Counted from the first letter of the stretch, positions 1-9,397 are shown. The stretch is DNA of 64,000 bases from Candidatus Poriferisocius sp. (GCF_965204145.1 NZ_OZ241977.1:2319356-2383355), one strand, 5' to 3'. A program made the numbers and translations. Notes: generated by a model from the sequence alone, not told the origin.

Positions 1-14
1 CAAGTGGCCATTGC

Positions 15-1292
15 TCACTTCGGGTTTGGCGGGCACCACAGCGAGCTCAGGGGAAGGGCCCACACTCGGTCGGCGACTTGGAAGGGCACTGGGGCGCTGC
101 TCAAGATCGCGCCTGCGGCGAAGTCGTCGCCAAGTCGGTCTCTCAACCACAAGAGCCCCCTAGCGTCATCCCGACTGACAACACTTGAAGACTTGACTTC
201 GACTCCGACGACTTTGCCCTGGCTTTCGAGCACGATGTCTACTTCTTTCCCATCGCGGTCTCGCAGGTGGAACATCTGGGTCTCTTCCTTTGCGGTCTCG
301 ATATGCGCCAGCAACTCGGTTGCCGCGAAGGTCTCGAACATCTGGCCCACCAAGTTCGGGTCTCGACCCAGGGACGCGGCGTCAACGTTGAGGATGTGAG
401 CGGCCATACCAGTGTCGGTCAAGTAGACCCTGGGAGACCGGTTCAGCCGGTTCAGCCGCTTGGTGTGCCACGCCGGGACACGGCTGATCACGCAGAGGCC
501 TTCGAGCATGGCCAGATGGACGTCCGCGGTCTTGAAGTCCACACCGGCGTCTCTCGCGGTGGCCTGCTTGTTTAGCTCGAGGCCGGTTCGAGCAGCACAC
601 GACCCCAGCACGGCTCGCAACTTCCCCCCTTGAGGTGAGCGATTGGACACTTGCGGCGCATCCCTGTCGACAAGCTGTTCGACATAGGCGCTGTACCACC
701 GGCGCCGATTCCGGCCACTCAGCTCCACCGCCACGGGAAACCGCCCGCCCGCAATCGCTTCGAGATAGTCATCGCGGCTCCACTCGGACTGTCCGAACTG
801 CACCCGTTCAAGGTCAAAAAGACCATCGACCGGGTTGTACCGCTCGGAGCGCTCCATCTCAGCCCGGGTCAAACCGTGCATCCTGACTCGGATGAGGCGC
901 CCGGTACCCGGCCATGTGGCCGCCTGTCGGGCGGCCCGCACAGAACCCGTGACGATGAACCTTCCCGGCCGGTTTGATAGGTCTGCATCCACGGACCGCT
1001 TGATCGCCCCGAGGATCTCAGGTGCTTCTTGCCATTCGTCGATTAGGAGCGTGCCGTCTGTAGCGGCCAATACGCCGTCGGGGTCTTCTCTCGCCGCTAG
1101 CCGGGCACCAGGTCTGGACAAGTCCAACGTGCTGTCGGCAAAGCGGCTCATCGATGTCGATTTGCCACAGCCACGAGGTCCGACCACCAGCAGGGCTGAA
1201 AACACTGGCAACAGCTCCTCAGCCACCAGCCACTCAACGGCCCGGGGATAGAGCTCTCCAGCTCCCAGCCTCGGCTCCTCTGGCATGCCCAT
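15..1292 (-). CDS. AAA-family ATPase, DUF4143-type (function unknown)
   Basis: 425-aa ORF with Walker A 'GPRGCGKST' and Walker B-like 'LLIDEWQ'. The layout is recalled from AAA_14/DUF4143 ATP-binding proteins. Not searched. Confidence 0.7.
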   Translation of the reverse strand: MGMPEEPRLGAGELYPRAVEWLVAEELLPVFSALLVVGPRGCGKSTSMSRFADSTLDLSRPGARLAAREDPDGVLAATDGTLLIDEWQEAPEILGAIKRSVDADLSNRPGRFIVTGSVRAARQAATWPGTGRLIRVRMHGLTRAEMERSERYNPVDGLFDLERVQFGQSEWSRDDYLEAIAGGRFPVAVELSGRNRRRWYSAYVEQLVDRDAPQVSNRSPQGGKLRAVLGSCAARTGLELNKQATARDAGVDFKTADVHLAMLEGLCVISRVPAWHTKRLNRLNRSPRVYLTDTGMAAHILNVDAASLGRDPNLVGQMFETFAATELLAHIETAKEETQMFHLRDRDGKEVDIVLESQGKVVGVEVKSSSVVSRDDARGLLWLRDRLGDDFAAGAILSSAPVPFQVADRVWALPLSSLWCPPNPK

Positions 1293-1297
1293 GACAG

Positions 1298-1382
1298 AAT
1301 CCTACATCTGCCGAGCATAAATTCCCAATATTGCCGGAGATAAATTCCTGATTCTGCCGTACTTTAATTCCCAATTTTGCCG
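1298..1382. repeat. Four phased direct repeats AAT(T)CC-N7/8-TGCCG, period 22-23 bp
   Basis: Copies start at 1298 (aatcctacatctgccg), 1320 (aattcccaatattgccg), 1343 (aattcctgattctgccg) and 1366 (aattcccaattttgccg). They lie in an AT-rich gap directly 5' of the ATPase start codon (1290-1292). An inverted partial copy 'caggaatta' sits at 1439-1447. Confidence 0.75.
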
Positions 1383-1452
1383 ACCTAGAGGCCCAACTGC
1401 GGCGTGAAAACGTGCAAGAACAGAGGTGTGAATTTGTACAGGAATTAAGGGT

Positions 1453-1469
1453 CCCCAAGTAGCTTGGGG
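1453..1469 (-). terminator. Weak candidate hairpin downstream of the amidohydrolase gene
   Basis: ccccaag-tag-cttgggg: 7-bp perfect stem with a 3-nt loop, about 12 nt after the stop at 1481. No clear U-tract. Confidence 0.3.
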
Positions 1470-1480
1470 CCGAAATTGAG

Positions 1481-2608
1481 CTAAACGGTCAGCCCGTAGA
1501 GCTCGGCGCAGTTGTCGCGGAGGACTCGGTCGATTTGGTGGTCGCTCATGTGGGTGGTTTGCTCGGTGAGCATTTCTTGCGACCAGGGCCAGGTGGCGTC
1601 TGAGTGGGGGTGGTCGTTGGCCCACATCACCCGGTTCACGTTCATCAGATCGAGCAGCTTGAACGCCACCCAGTCGTCCTGGAACGTGAGGTACACGTTC
1701 TCCCGGAAGTAGTCGCTGGGCTTCTTGGACAGCTCGGCGCTCTCCAGCCAGTTGCGATGCCGGTTGTAGGCGTGGTCGGCCCGGTACATCCAGTGGGGCG
1801 CCCACCCGGCATCGGCCTCCACGCACACCACCCGCAGGTCGGGATGGCGCTCGAACACGCCGCCGAAGATCAGCGTGCCGATGATGTCCTGGTTGCCCCG
1901 GATGATCCCCAGGAACGAGTTGATCTTGGGCCCCCGGAACTGGGCGGCCATGGGATGGTCGTTGCCCGAGGTGAGGATGTGGAACGACAGCGGCATGCCC
2001 ATCGCCACCGACGCCTCCCAGAAGGCGTCGAAGTCGGGGGCGTCGTAATCGATCCCCAAAGCCGGATAGCCGGGCAGCATGACGCCCTTGAGCCCGAGAG
2101 CCTTCATGGCCTCCAAGTCGGCGATGGCCTCGTCCACTGAGCGCACCGCGGTCTGGCCCAAGCCGATCAACCGCTCAGGGGCGTGGGAGTTGAACTCGGC
2201 AATCCAGCGGTTGTAGGCGTCGAAGCACGCCTTCTTGTAGTCGCCGTCGGGGTGGTTGCAGATGGTCATGCCCACCGACGGGTAGATCACCTCGGCCACC
2301 ACCCCGTCGCGGTCCTGTTCGTCGAGCCGGGCCACCGGGTCGTACCCGCCGGGGTGCAGATCCTCCCAGCGGGTACCGCTCGAAAGGCTGATCTCGTGCC
2401 AGCTCTTGCCCGCCGCCGCGATCATTCCATAGGGCATCCGATTGCGGCCGTTGTCGATCGACATGAACGCCCCCATGCTGTCGTCCCAATCCACTCGGGG
2501 GGCCCGATCCCGGAACTTGGGGTCGATGTAGTCGATGTAGGTGTTGTCGGGCTCGGTGACGTGGGAGTCAGCCGAGATGCAAGAACGAACGGGGGTGACG
2601 GTGCTCAT
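1481..2608 (-). CDS. Amidohydrolase family protein (amidohydrolase_2 / ACMSD-like)
   Basis: The ORF track gives 1481..2644. I prefer the ATG at 2608, which has GAGAAGG about 9 nt upstream. The N-terminal 'SADSHVTEP' metal-ligand motif and overall length are typical of PF04909-type enzymes. Confidence 0.8.
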   Translation of the reverse strand: MSTVTPVRSCISADSHVTEPDNTYIDYIDPKFRDRAPRVDWDDSMGAFMSIDNGRNRMPYGMIAAAGKSWHEISLSSGTRWEDLHPGGYDPVARLDEQDRDGVVAEVIYPSVGMTICNHPDGDYKKACFDAYNRWIAEFNSHAPERLIGLGQTAVRSVDEAIADLEAMKALGLKGVMLPGYPALGIDYDAPDFDAFWEASVAMGMPLSFHILTSGNDHPMAAQFRGPKINSFLGIIRGNQDIIGTLIFGGVFERHPDLRVVCVEADAGWAPHWMYRADHAYNRHRNWLESAELSKKPSDYFRENVYLTFQDDWVAFKLLDLMNVNRVMWANDHPHSDATWPWSQEMLTEQTTHMSDHQIDRVLRDNCAELYGLTV

Positions 2609-2674
2609 GATTTGAACCTTCTCAATCGGGTGTCGCTGAGACAACCACTAACGGTAGTAGCTAGCGTTGCCGCC

Positions 2675-4069
2675 ATGAGCAGCCAGCGATCCGCCGCCGA
2701 CATCCGAGCCGACCTCGGCCATCCCGTCATCGACGCCGACGGGCACGTGTTCGAGCACTACCCGGCCCTCCACCAGTACTGCCTCGACGAGGGGCTTGAG
2801 GGAGGGCTGTACCCCCAGATGGCCAACTGCTCGTTCAACGGAGAGCCCAACTGGTCGGGCCTTTCCCCTGATGAGCGCCTGGCCCGGCGATCCTTCCGGG
2901 GACCGTGGTGGGCGCTGCCGCTGGGCAACACCCGGGACTTCGCCACCGCGGTGTCTCCGGCGATGTTCCACGACCGCATCGAGGAGCTGGGCATGGATTT
3001 CGCGGTGTGCTACCCCAGCATCGGCCTCAACTTCCCGGCCTACCGCGACGACGAAATCCGCAACAAGCTCTGCCGGGCGCTCAACCGCTACCTGGCCGAC
3101 AGCTACCAGGGCCTGCAAGACCGCCTCACCCCGGTGGCGGCCATTCCCACCCAAACCCCCGAAGAGGCCATCGAGCAGCTCGACTTCGCCGTCACCGAGT
3201 TGGGCTTCAAAGCAGTGATGATCGGCGGATTCGCTCTCCGCCAGGTGCCGGCCGGCGGCGAGATGGCCACGTGGATCGACTCGCTGGGCCTCGACTCCGC
3301 CTACGACTACGACCCGCTATGGCAGAGGCTGGTTGAGCTGCAAACCCCGGCCAGCCTCCACTCCGGTTCGATGGGCTGGGACGGCCGGCGCTCAATCAGC
3401 AATTTCACCTACAACCACATGGGCAACTTCGGCACCGCCAGCGAGACCGCCGCCAAGTCGATCTTCTTCGGCGGGGTCACCCATCGCTTCCCCGATCTGC
3501 GCCTCGGCTTCCTGGAAGGCGGGGTCACCTGGGGCGCCCAGATGGTGTGCGACCTCCTCAGCCACTGGGAAAAGCGCGGCCCCGAGGGCCTCAAGGCCTA
3601 CGACCCGGCCCTCTTCGAGCCCGATTACTTCGAATCGCTGCTGGCCGAGGCCAACGACCCCATCAATCTGCCCGCCGGCTTCGGCAAAGTGATGCAGAAA
3701 GGCATCAGCTCTGATCAGGTCGTCCACGACTTCGAGGCCGCGGGCATCACCTGCCCCGAAGACATCCTCGAGCAGATCGACCGGTCCTACTGGTTCGGCT
3801 GCGAAGCCGACGACCCGCTGGTGCGGCTGGCCTTCGACGGCGCCCTGCCCGAAGGCGCAACCCTCAACGCCATCTTCTCCTCCGACGTGGGTCACTGGGA
3901 TGTTCCCGACATGTCCGAGGTGCTCCCCGAGGTGTGGGAGCAGGTGGAGCACGGCTGGCTCAACGAAGACCAATTCCGGGCCTTCACCTTCGGCAACGCC
4001 CACCGCTTCTTCTCCGAAGCCCGCCCCGACTTCTTCAAGAACACGGTTTTGGAGAGTGCCACCGTCTAG
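2675..4069 (+). CDS. Amidohydrolase family protein (amidohydrolase_2)
   Basis: ORF 2183..4069 trimmed to the ATG at 2675, because the upstream part runs antisense through the neighbouring gene. Carries the 'VIDADGHVFEH' motif. Divergent from 1481..2608. Confidence 0.75.
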   Translation: MSSQRSAADIRADLGHPVIDADGHVFEHYPALHQYCLDEGLEGGLYPQMANCSFNGEPNWSGLSPDERLARRSFRGPWWALPLGNTRDFATAVSPAMFHDRIEELGMDFAVCYPSIGLNFPAYRDDEIRNKLCRALNRYLADSYQGLQDRLTPVAAIPTQTPEEAIEQLDFAVTELGFKAVMIGGFALRQVPAGGEMATWIDSLGLDSAYDYDPLWQRLVELQTPASLHSGSMGWDGRRSISNFTYNHMGNFGTASETAAKSIFFGGVTHRFPDLRLGFLEGGVTWGAQMVCDLLSHWEKRGPEGLKAYDPALFEPDYFESLLAEANDPINLPAGFGKVMQKGISSDQVVHDFEAAGITCPEDILEQIDRSYWFGCEADDPLVRLAFDGALPEGATLNAIFSSDVGHWDVPDMSEVLPEVWEQVEHGWLNEDQFRAFTFGNAHRFFSEARPDFFKNTVLESATV

Positions 4070-4081
4070 AACTAAGGGGCC

Positions 4082-4891
4082 ATGACCGTCCCCGCCCAAG
4101 CACCTCCAAAGTTCACCCTTCTGGCCCAGCTCGGGATCTACTGCGACCCCGCCGCCCGGCCCGGCTACGGAAAGCTCCGGGTGTTCGACGAGCAGTGCCA
4201 CGGCGGCCAGGTACGGGCCTCAGTGCTGATGCTGATCGCCGACATCACGGGGGGCATGATCGGCGAGAAGGAAGATCCCGAATGCTGGCACTTCACCACT
4301 GATTTCCAGCTCCGCACCGCAGATGTCCCCCTGCCTGACCAGATCGACGTTTACGCCGAGGTGCTGCGGGCCGGGGCCAGCACGCTGACCTGCGAGTGCC
4401 GCTTTAACATCCCCGACGGCACCGAGGTGGGCTACGCACAGATCGGTTTCGGGCGCCACCACCAACGTCCCGGCGACCCGGCCAAACCCATCCACGACCC
4501 TCCCCGGCCCGATCTCATGGGGCTTCCCGACATCGACCGGCCCCTGGCCGAAGTGGCCGGCATCGAGGTGGTGGACGCCTCCGTCGGCCATGTGGAGGTG
4601 GAGCTCACCCCACAGCTGCTCAACCCCGCGGGCATCATGCAAGGCGCCATGGTCACCCTGGTAGGCGAAGTGGGAGCCGAGACCTTTGCCGAGCATCAAT
4701 TCGGCACGCCCCATGCGGTGGCCGACATGGACATCCGCTATCTGCTGGGGGGAAAGATCGGCCCGGTGTACAGCACCTGTCGCTGGATGGGCGACCCATC
4801 CTCGGGCTGGGTGGTGGCCGAGATCAGGGACCTGGGAAAGGGCGACCGCCTGATCGCCACCATGATGCTCCGGGTCCGACCGGCTCGCTGA
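4082..4891 (+). CDS. Hotdog-fold thioesterase-like protein (PaaI/4HBT-like, apparently tandem)
   Basis: 269 aa. The C-terminal half ('LNPAGIMQGAMVTLVGEVGAE...DMDIRYL') resembles PaaI-type thioesterases. Starts 12 nt after the upstream stop. Confidence 0.5.
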   Translation: MTVPAQAPPKFTLLAQLGIYCDPAARPGYGKLRVFDEQCHGGQVRASVLMLIADITGGMIGEKEDPECWHFTTDFQLRTADVPLPDQIDVYAEVLRAGASTLTCECRFNIPDGTEVGYAQIGFGRHHQRPGDPAKPIHDPPRPDLMGLPDIDRPLAEVAGIEVVDASVGHVEVELTPQLLNPAGIMQGAMVTLVGEVGAETFAEHQFGTPHAVADMDIRYLLGGKIGPVYSTCRWMGDPSSGWVVAEIRDLGKGDRLIATMMLRVRPAR

Positions 4892-4917
4892 ACCATCTGC
4901 CGGAGTAGCTTGGCGGG

Positions 4918-5916
4918 ATGAACCGCCAGTGGATCTATGCCGTGCGGCCCGACGGGCCGGTGGGCGTGGATAACTTCGAATACCGGGAAACCGACATTCC
5001 CGAACCGAGCGAAGGCCAAGCGCTCGCCCGGCTGTGCTATCTCAGCTTCGAGCCGGCCATGCGCACGTGGTTGGAGGACTTCATCACCTACATGCCGCCA
5101 GTGCCGCTGGGCACGCCCATGCTGGCGCCGGGGGTCTCCCAGGTGGTGGCGTCCAACACCCCGGCGCTCAAAGAGGGCGACCTGGTCAGCGGGATGATGA
5201 GCTGGCAGGACTACCAAGTGGTGGGTGAACAGGCCAGGGTGGTGCCACCGGGCACCCCTATCCCGGTGATGCTCGGACCGCTGGGCGGGACGGGGCTGAC
5301 GGCCTACATCGGCCTGTTCGACATCGGCCGCGCCAGGCCCACCGACACCGTGCTGACATCGGGAGCGGCCGGGGCCACTGGGTCGGTGGCCGCCCAGATC
5401 GCCCGGGTCAAGGGCTGCCGGTCGGTGGGCATCGCCGGGGGCACCGAGAAATGCCGGTGGCTCTTGGAAGAGGCCCGGCTGGACGGAGCGATCGACTACA
5501 AGAACGAGGATGTGGATGCCCGGCTGCGCGAACTCTGCCCCGATGGCGTGGACGTGTACTTCGACAATGTGGGCGGCGACATGCTGGAGACGGTGATGAA
5601 CCACATGGCCCAAGGGGGGCGCATCGCCAGCTGCGGGGCCATCTCCACCTACAACCAGGGCATGCGCCGACCGGGGCCGTCCAACATGTTCCAGATCATC
5701 GAGAAGCGCCTCACCATCCAAGGCTTTGTGATGTTCGACCACATGGATCGGGTGCCCGACGCCATCGAGGATCTCGGTCGATGGGTGGCCGAAGAGGAGA
5801 TCGCTTTCCAAACTGACATCCAAGAGGGATTCGAGAACATCCCCACCACCTTCCTGCGGCTGTTTTCCGGAGCCAACCAAGGCAAACAGCTTCTGAAGGT
5901 CAGAGAACCCGAATAG
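4918..5916 (+). CDS. NADP-dependent oxidoreductase, MDR superfamily (alkenal/one reductase-like)
   Basis: 332 aa with the Rossmann motif 'SGAAGATGSVAAQIARVKGC' and the 'GKQLLKV' C-terminus typical of the PTGR/YncB-like group. Confidence 0.8.
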   Translation: MNRQWIYAVRPDGPVGVDNFEYRETDIPEPSEGQALARLCYLSFEPAMRTWLEDFITYMPPVPLGTPMLAPGVSQVVASNTPALKEGDLVSGMMSWQDYQVVGEQARVVPPGTPIPVMLGPLGGTGLTAYIGLFDIGRARPTDTVLTSGAAGATGSVAAQIARVKGCRSVGIAGGTEKCRWLLEEARLDGAIDYKNEDVDARLRELCPDGVDVYFDNVGGDMLETVMNHMAQGGRIASCGAISTYNQGMRRPGPSNMFQIIEKRLTIQGFVMFDHMDRVPDAIEDLGRWVAEEEIAFQTDIQEGFENIPTTFLRLFSGANQGKQLLKVREPE

Positions 5917-5927
5917 GAAGCGGCGCA

Positions 5928-6695
5928 ATGAGCCTGGCGATTTACGAAACCGAGGGCCGAGTAGCGGTCATCACCATGAACCGGCCGGAGTCCCGCAACG
6001 CCATGAGCCCGGAACTGTCCGCCGCCCTGGGCGAGGCGTTCGACCAGTTCGACGCCGACGATGGTGTGTGGGTGGCCATTCTGGCCGGCAACGGCCGAGT
6101 GTTCTGCGCCGGGGCCGACTTGAAGGCACTCTCCGAGGGGCGTACCGCGGGAATCATGCACCCGGAGCACGGTTTTGGCCACTTCTCCCGCCGACGGCGC
6201 ACCAAGCCGGTCATTGCCGCGGTGGATCGTCCCGCGGTGGCCGGGGGCTTCGAGATGGTCTTGGCCTGTGATCTGGTGGTGGCCTCGACCGAAGCCGTGT
6301 TCGGCATCCCCGAAGTCAAGAGATCGCTGATCGCATCCGAGGGCGGCGTCAGCCGACTGCCCCGCCGCATACCGGTGAACATCGCCATGGAGATGGCGCT
6401 GGTCGGCGACACCATCGACGTCCATCGGGCCCATTCGCTCGGCCTGGTGAATGTGGTGTGCGAACCGGGCCAAGCACTGGCCGAAGCCCGGGCGCTGGCC
6501 GAGCGCATCATCGCCAATCCGCCATTGGCGGTCAGGGGAGCCCGTCAGGCACTGCTCGACGGGCTGGAGACCACCGAGGCCGAGGCATTCAAGATCGCCA
6601 CCCGAGCCGGCCAGGCGCTGTTCGGGACCGAGGACTTCAAAGAGGGACCTCGGGCGTTCGTAGAGAAACGGCCTCCCAACTGGAAAGGCCGGTGA
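5928..6695 (+). CDS. Enoyl-CoA hydratase/isomerase (crotonase)
   Basis: 255 aa with 'VAVITMNRPESRNA', 'FCAGADLK' and 'AAVDRPAVAGGFEMVLACD' crotonase signatures. Confidence 0.9.
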   Translation: MSLAIYETEGRVAVITMNRPESRNAMSPELSAALGEAFDQFDADDGVWVAILAGNGRVFCAGADLKALSEGRTAGIMHPEHGFGHFSRRRRTKPVIAAVDRPAVAGGFEMVLACDLVVASTEAVFGIPEVKRSLIASEGGVSRLPRRIPVNIAMEMALVGDTIDVHRAHSLGLVNVVCEPGQALAEARALAERIIANPPLAVRGARQALLDGLETTEAEAFKIATRAGQALFGTEDFKEGPRAFVEKRPPNWKGR

Positions 6696-7285
6696 GCGGT
6701 GTCGAACCGGCCAGTCAGGCAGAGTCGATGAACTCGCCCGCCTCCGGGGAGCGGGAGCTGATGCTCACCGGGATCGGCGGCCAAGGAGTGCAGTTGGCCG
6801 CCCAGGTCATCGCCCAAGGGGCGACCGCCGATGGCAAAGAGGTGCTGGTTTTTGGCAGCTACGGCGGCATGATGCGGGGCGGCAACACCGACAGCACGGT
6901 GGTGATTAGCGACCAGCCCATCGAGGCACCCCCGGTGCTGTCGACCACCTGGTCGGCCATCTTGATGCACCACCAGTACTGGGTGCCGATGCGGGACCGC
7001 ATCCGAGACGACGGCTTGGTGCTGGTGAACACCTCGGTGTTCGAGGACGAGCTGGACCGGGACCGCTACCAGGTGATCGACGTTCCCGCCACCGACGTGG
7101 CCACCGATCTGGGCAACCCGCTGCTGGCCGCCATGGTCATGGCCGGGGTGTACGGGCGGAGGTCCGGGCTGGTGAGCTTGGACGGCCTGGTGGAAGGCAT
7201 GCGCCGCTCGGTGCCGCCCTATCGCAGCCAGCTCATCGAGGCCAACGAGGGGGCGCTGGCCGCCGGCTGGGAGATGGCAGCATGA
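6692..7285 (+). CDS. 2-oxoacid:ferredoxin oxidoreductase, gamma subunit
   Basis: The GTG at 6692 overlaps the upstream TGA (GTGA). An alternative ATG lies at 6728. 'LTGIGGQGVQLAAQVIA' is the typical POR/VOR gamma N-terminus. Confidence 0.8.
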   Translation: MSGVEPASQAESMNSPASGERELMLTGIGGQGVQLAAQVIAQGATADGKEVLVFGSYGGMMRGGNTDSTVVISDQPIEAPPVLSTTWSAILMHHQYWVPMRDRIRDDGLVLVNTSVFEDELDRDRYQVIDVPATDVATDLGNPLLAAMVMAGVYGRRSGLVSLDGLVEGMRRSVPPYRSQLIEANEGALAAGWEMAA

Positions 7286-7545
7286 GCACTGTCACTGTCC
7301 GGGGCACGGTGGTCATCGATGTCGAAGCCTGCAAGGGGTGCGATCTCTGCATTGACGCCTGTCCGCCCCGGGTGCTGGAAATGACCACCCACGAAGTGAA
7401 CATCAAGGGCTACCGATATCCCCGCCTGCTGGCCGGTTGCACCGGTTGCCAGGCCTGCGCCCAGATCTGTCCCGACTTCGTGTTCCAGGTGTACAAGTAC
7501 GACACTCCCCAGGAATTGCCGCTTGACGAGAGCGGCGAACGGTGA
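7282..7545 (+). CDS. 2-oxoacid:ferredoxin oxidoreductase, delta subunit (2x[4Fe-4S] ferredoxin)
   Basis: 87 aa with two Cys motifs, 'CKGCDLCIDACP' and 'CTGCQACAQICP'. Shows 4-nt overlaps with both neighbours. Confidence 0.9.
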   Translation: MSTVTVRGTVVIDVEACKGCDLCIDACPPRVLEMTTHEVNIKGYRYPRLLAGCTGCQACAQICPDFVFQVYKYDTPQELPLDESGER

Positions 7546-8612
7546 GCGACCGGGCGCTGCTCGAGGGCTCGGAGGCCATGGCCCGAGCCGCCGTGGCCGC
7601 CGGCTGCCGGTTCTTCTCCGGCTATCCCATGACCCCGTTCACCGAGCTGCTCGAGCACATGGCCTCCCTGCTGCCCGAGGTCAACGGCGTGTGCATGAAC
7701 GCCGAGAGCGAACTCGAGGCGGTGGGCATGGCCTGGGGGGCGGCCACCACCGGGCATCTGGCGGCCACCGGGTCCACCGGCCAGGGGCTGTCGCTCATGC
7801 AGGAGTCGCTGTCGGAGATCACCAACGCCCGCCTTCCCCTGGTGGTGTTCAACATGGCCCGGGGCCAGGGCGACTACTTCCAAGCCACCCGAGGCGGCGG
7901 CCACGGCGACTACCGCCACATTGTGCTTGCCCCGATGGATATCCCCGAGGCGGTAGAGCTGACCCGGCTGGCGTTCGAGTTGGCCAGTCAGTGGCGAACC
8001 CCGGTGATGGTGCTGGGCGACTACTACCTGGCCCACACCTACCAAGCAGTGTCCGTGCCTGCCATCGACGCCGCGGTCCCAACGCTCCCCGACTGGGCTC
8101 TGAACGGATCTTCCGGCGGCTCGGGGGCAGCCAAGATCATCTCCCCGCTGGGCGGCGGTGTCGAGGGCGAGGAAGGGTTCGACTTGGGTGCCCACTACGC
8201 CGCCTGTGCCGCCCACATCCAGGCCATGGCCACCGGCGTTGAGCCGCTGATCGACGCCGGATTCTGCGATGACGCCGAGCTGGTGGTAGCCGCCTACGGC
8301 TCGGTGGGCAAGTTCGTGCGCTACGCCTGCCTGCGGCTGCGCGACGCCGGGCACCGGGTGGGCTATGTCCGCCCCATCACGCTGTGGCCATTCCCATCGG
8401 AGGCAGTACACACCGCGGTAGCCGGTGCTGCCAAAGTGGCGGTGTACGAGCAGAACATGGGCCAGATGGTCGAAGACGTGCGACTGGCTACGCTGGGGGC
8501 GGTGCCAGTGGAGTTCATCGGGGGCCCCAGTTGGGACCACTCCGGCTTCGGGATCGGACCCGACATCAACGTGCCCGATATCTCCGAGCGCATCTTGGAG
8601 GCCCTGACATGA
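7542..8612 (+). CDS. 2-oxoacid:ferredoxin oxidoreductase, alpha subunit
   Basis: 356 aa. The start 'LLEGSEAMARAAVAAGCRFFSGYPMTP' is typical of POR/KOR alpha subunits. Confidence 0.85.
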   Translation: MSDRALLEGSEAMARAAVAAGCRFFSGYPMTPFTELLEHMASLLPEVNGVCMNAESELEAVGMAWGAATTGHLAATGSTGQGLSLMQESLSEITNARLPLVVFNMARGQGDYFQATRGGGHGDYRHIVLAPMDIPEAVELTRLAFELASQWRTPVMVLGDYYLAHTYQAVSVPAIDAAVPTLPDWALNGSSGGSGAAKIISPLGGGVEGEEGFDLGAHYAACAAHIQAMATGVEPLIDAGFCDDAELVVAAYGSVGKFVRYACLRLRDAGHRVGYVRPITLWPFPSEAVHTAVAGAAKVAVYEQNMGQMVEDVRLATLGAVPVEFIGGPSWDHSGFGIGPDINVPDISERILEALT

Positions 8613-9397
8613 CAGAGGAGCGGATTTACCTTTCCACTGATTCGCCGCCCACTGAGCCCGCCGCGCTGGTAGACGACTTCACCCCATCGCTAATAACCCA
8701 GGCCAACCACCACCTCTGCCCGGGCTGTGGTGAGCCCATAGCCATCCGGGCCGCCATGGAGGCCATCGAAGAACTGGAACTGGCCCAGTCCACGATCACG
8801 GTGTTCGGCATCGGGTGCTACACCGCCTTCGCCCACAACCTCGACGTGGAGGTGGTGCAAGCCCTGCACGGTCGAGCCCCATCGGTGGCTACCGGAATCA
8901 AGCGGATGCTGCCCGAAGGATTCGTGATGACCGTCCAAGGCGACGGCGACATGGTCAACGAGGGCCTCCAAGAAGTGCTCCACGCCGCGGCCCGGGGAGA
9001 GAACATCACCTGTCTGCTTTTGAACAACGGGGTGTTCGGGGAGACCGGCGGTCAGATGACCACCACCACCACCCTCGGCCAGCGCACCAAGACCTCGATT
9101 GAAGGGCGCGACCCCCACCAGCACGGCCACCCCATCCTGCTCTCCGACCTTGCCGCCACTTTGGACGGCGCGGCCTATGTCGCCCGTTGCGCGGTCAACA
9201 ACGCCGGAAACGTGGCCCGCACCAAGCGCTACATCACCAAGGCATACGAGTCCCAGATGGCCGGGGCCGGATTCAGCCTGGTGGAGATCCTCACCATGTG
9301 CCCCACCGGCTGGTTCGTCGACACCCTCGAGGGTCCCGACTACCTCCAAGACACTCTCGCCCCCGTCCACAACATCGGCGAACTGAGGACTCCCTAA
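8609..9397 (+). CDS. 2-oxoacid:ferredoxin oxidoreductase, beta subunit (TPP-binding)
   Basis: ORF 8384..9397 trimmed to the ATG at 8609 (ATGA overlap with the alpha stop). Carries 'CPGCGEP' and the TPP motif 'GDGDMVNEG'. Confidence 0.85.
   Translation: MTEERIYLSTDSPPTEPAALVDDFTPSLITQANHHLCPGCGEPIAIRAAMEAIEELELAQSTITVFGIGCYTAFAHNLDVEVVQALHGRAPSVATGIKRMLPEGFVMTVQGDGDMVNEGLQEVLHAAARGENITCLLLNNGVFGETGGQMTTTTTLGQRTKTSIEGRDPHQHGHPILLSDLAATLDGAAYVARCAVNNAGNVARTKRYITKAYESQMAGAGFSLVEILTMCPTGWFVDTLEGPDYLQDTLAPVHNIGELRTP

Noticed and set aside
1298-1382. Whether the four 22-23 bp repeats are a mini CRISPR array.
   Set aside because: There are only four degenerate copies, the 'spacers' are about 5 nt, the repeat is not palindromic, and no cas genes are present. 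The repeats abut a start codon, which fits an operator or iteron array better.
1234-1458. 74-aa minus-strand ORF spanning the AT-rich repeat region.
   Set aside because: It overlaps the ATPase 5' end and the repeat array. It has no RBS or motif and is more plausibly non-coding regulatory DNA.
2183-2674. Long N-terminal extensions in the ORF track. Examples: 2183.., 6458.., 8384.., 11129.., 19153..20526, 22089..23669, 23474..25267, 24607..26118, 26658..28058, 29353..30498, 30902..32224, 32076..33719, 49276..50436, 61563..62423 and 62155..63399.
   Set aside because: The extensions overlap the preceding gene and are Arg/Pro/Gly-rich. In each case an internal ATG or GTG gives a canonical family N-terminus, a Shine-Dalgarno site, or an ATGA/GTGA coupling overlap.
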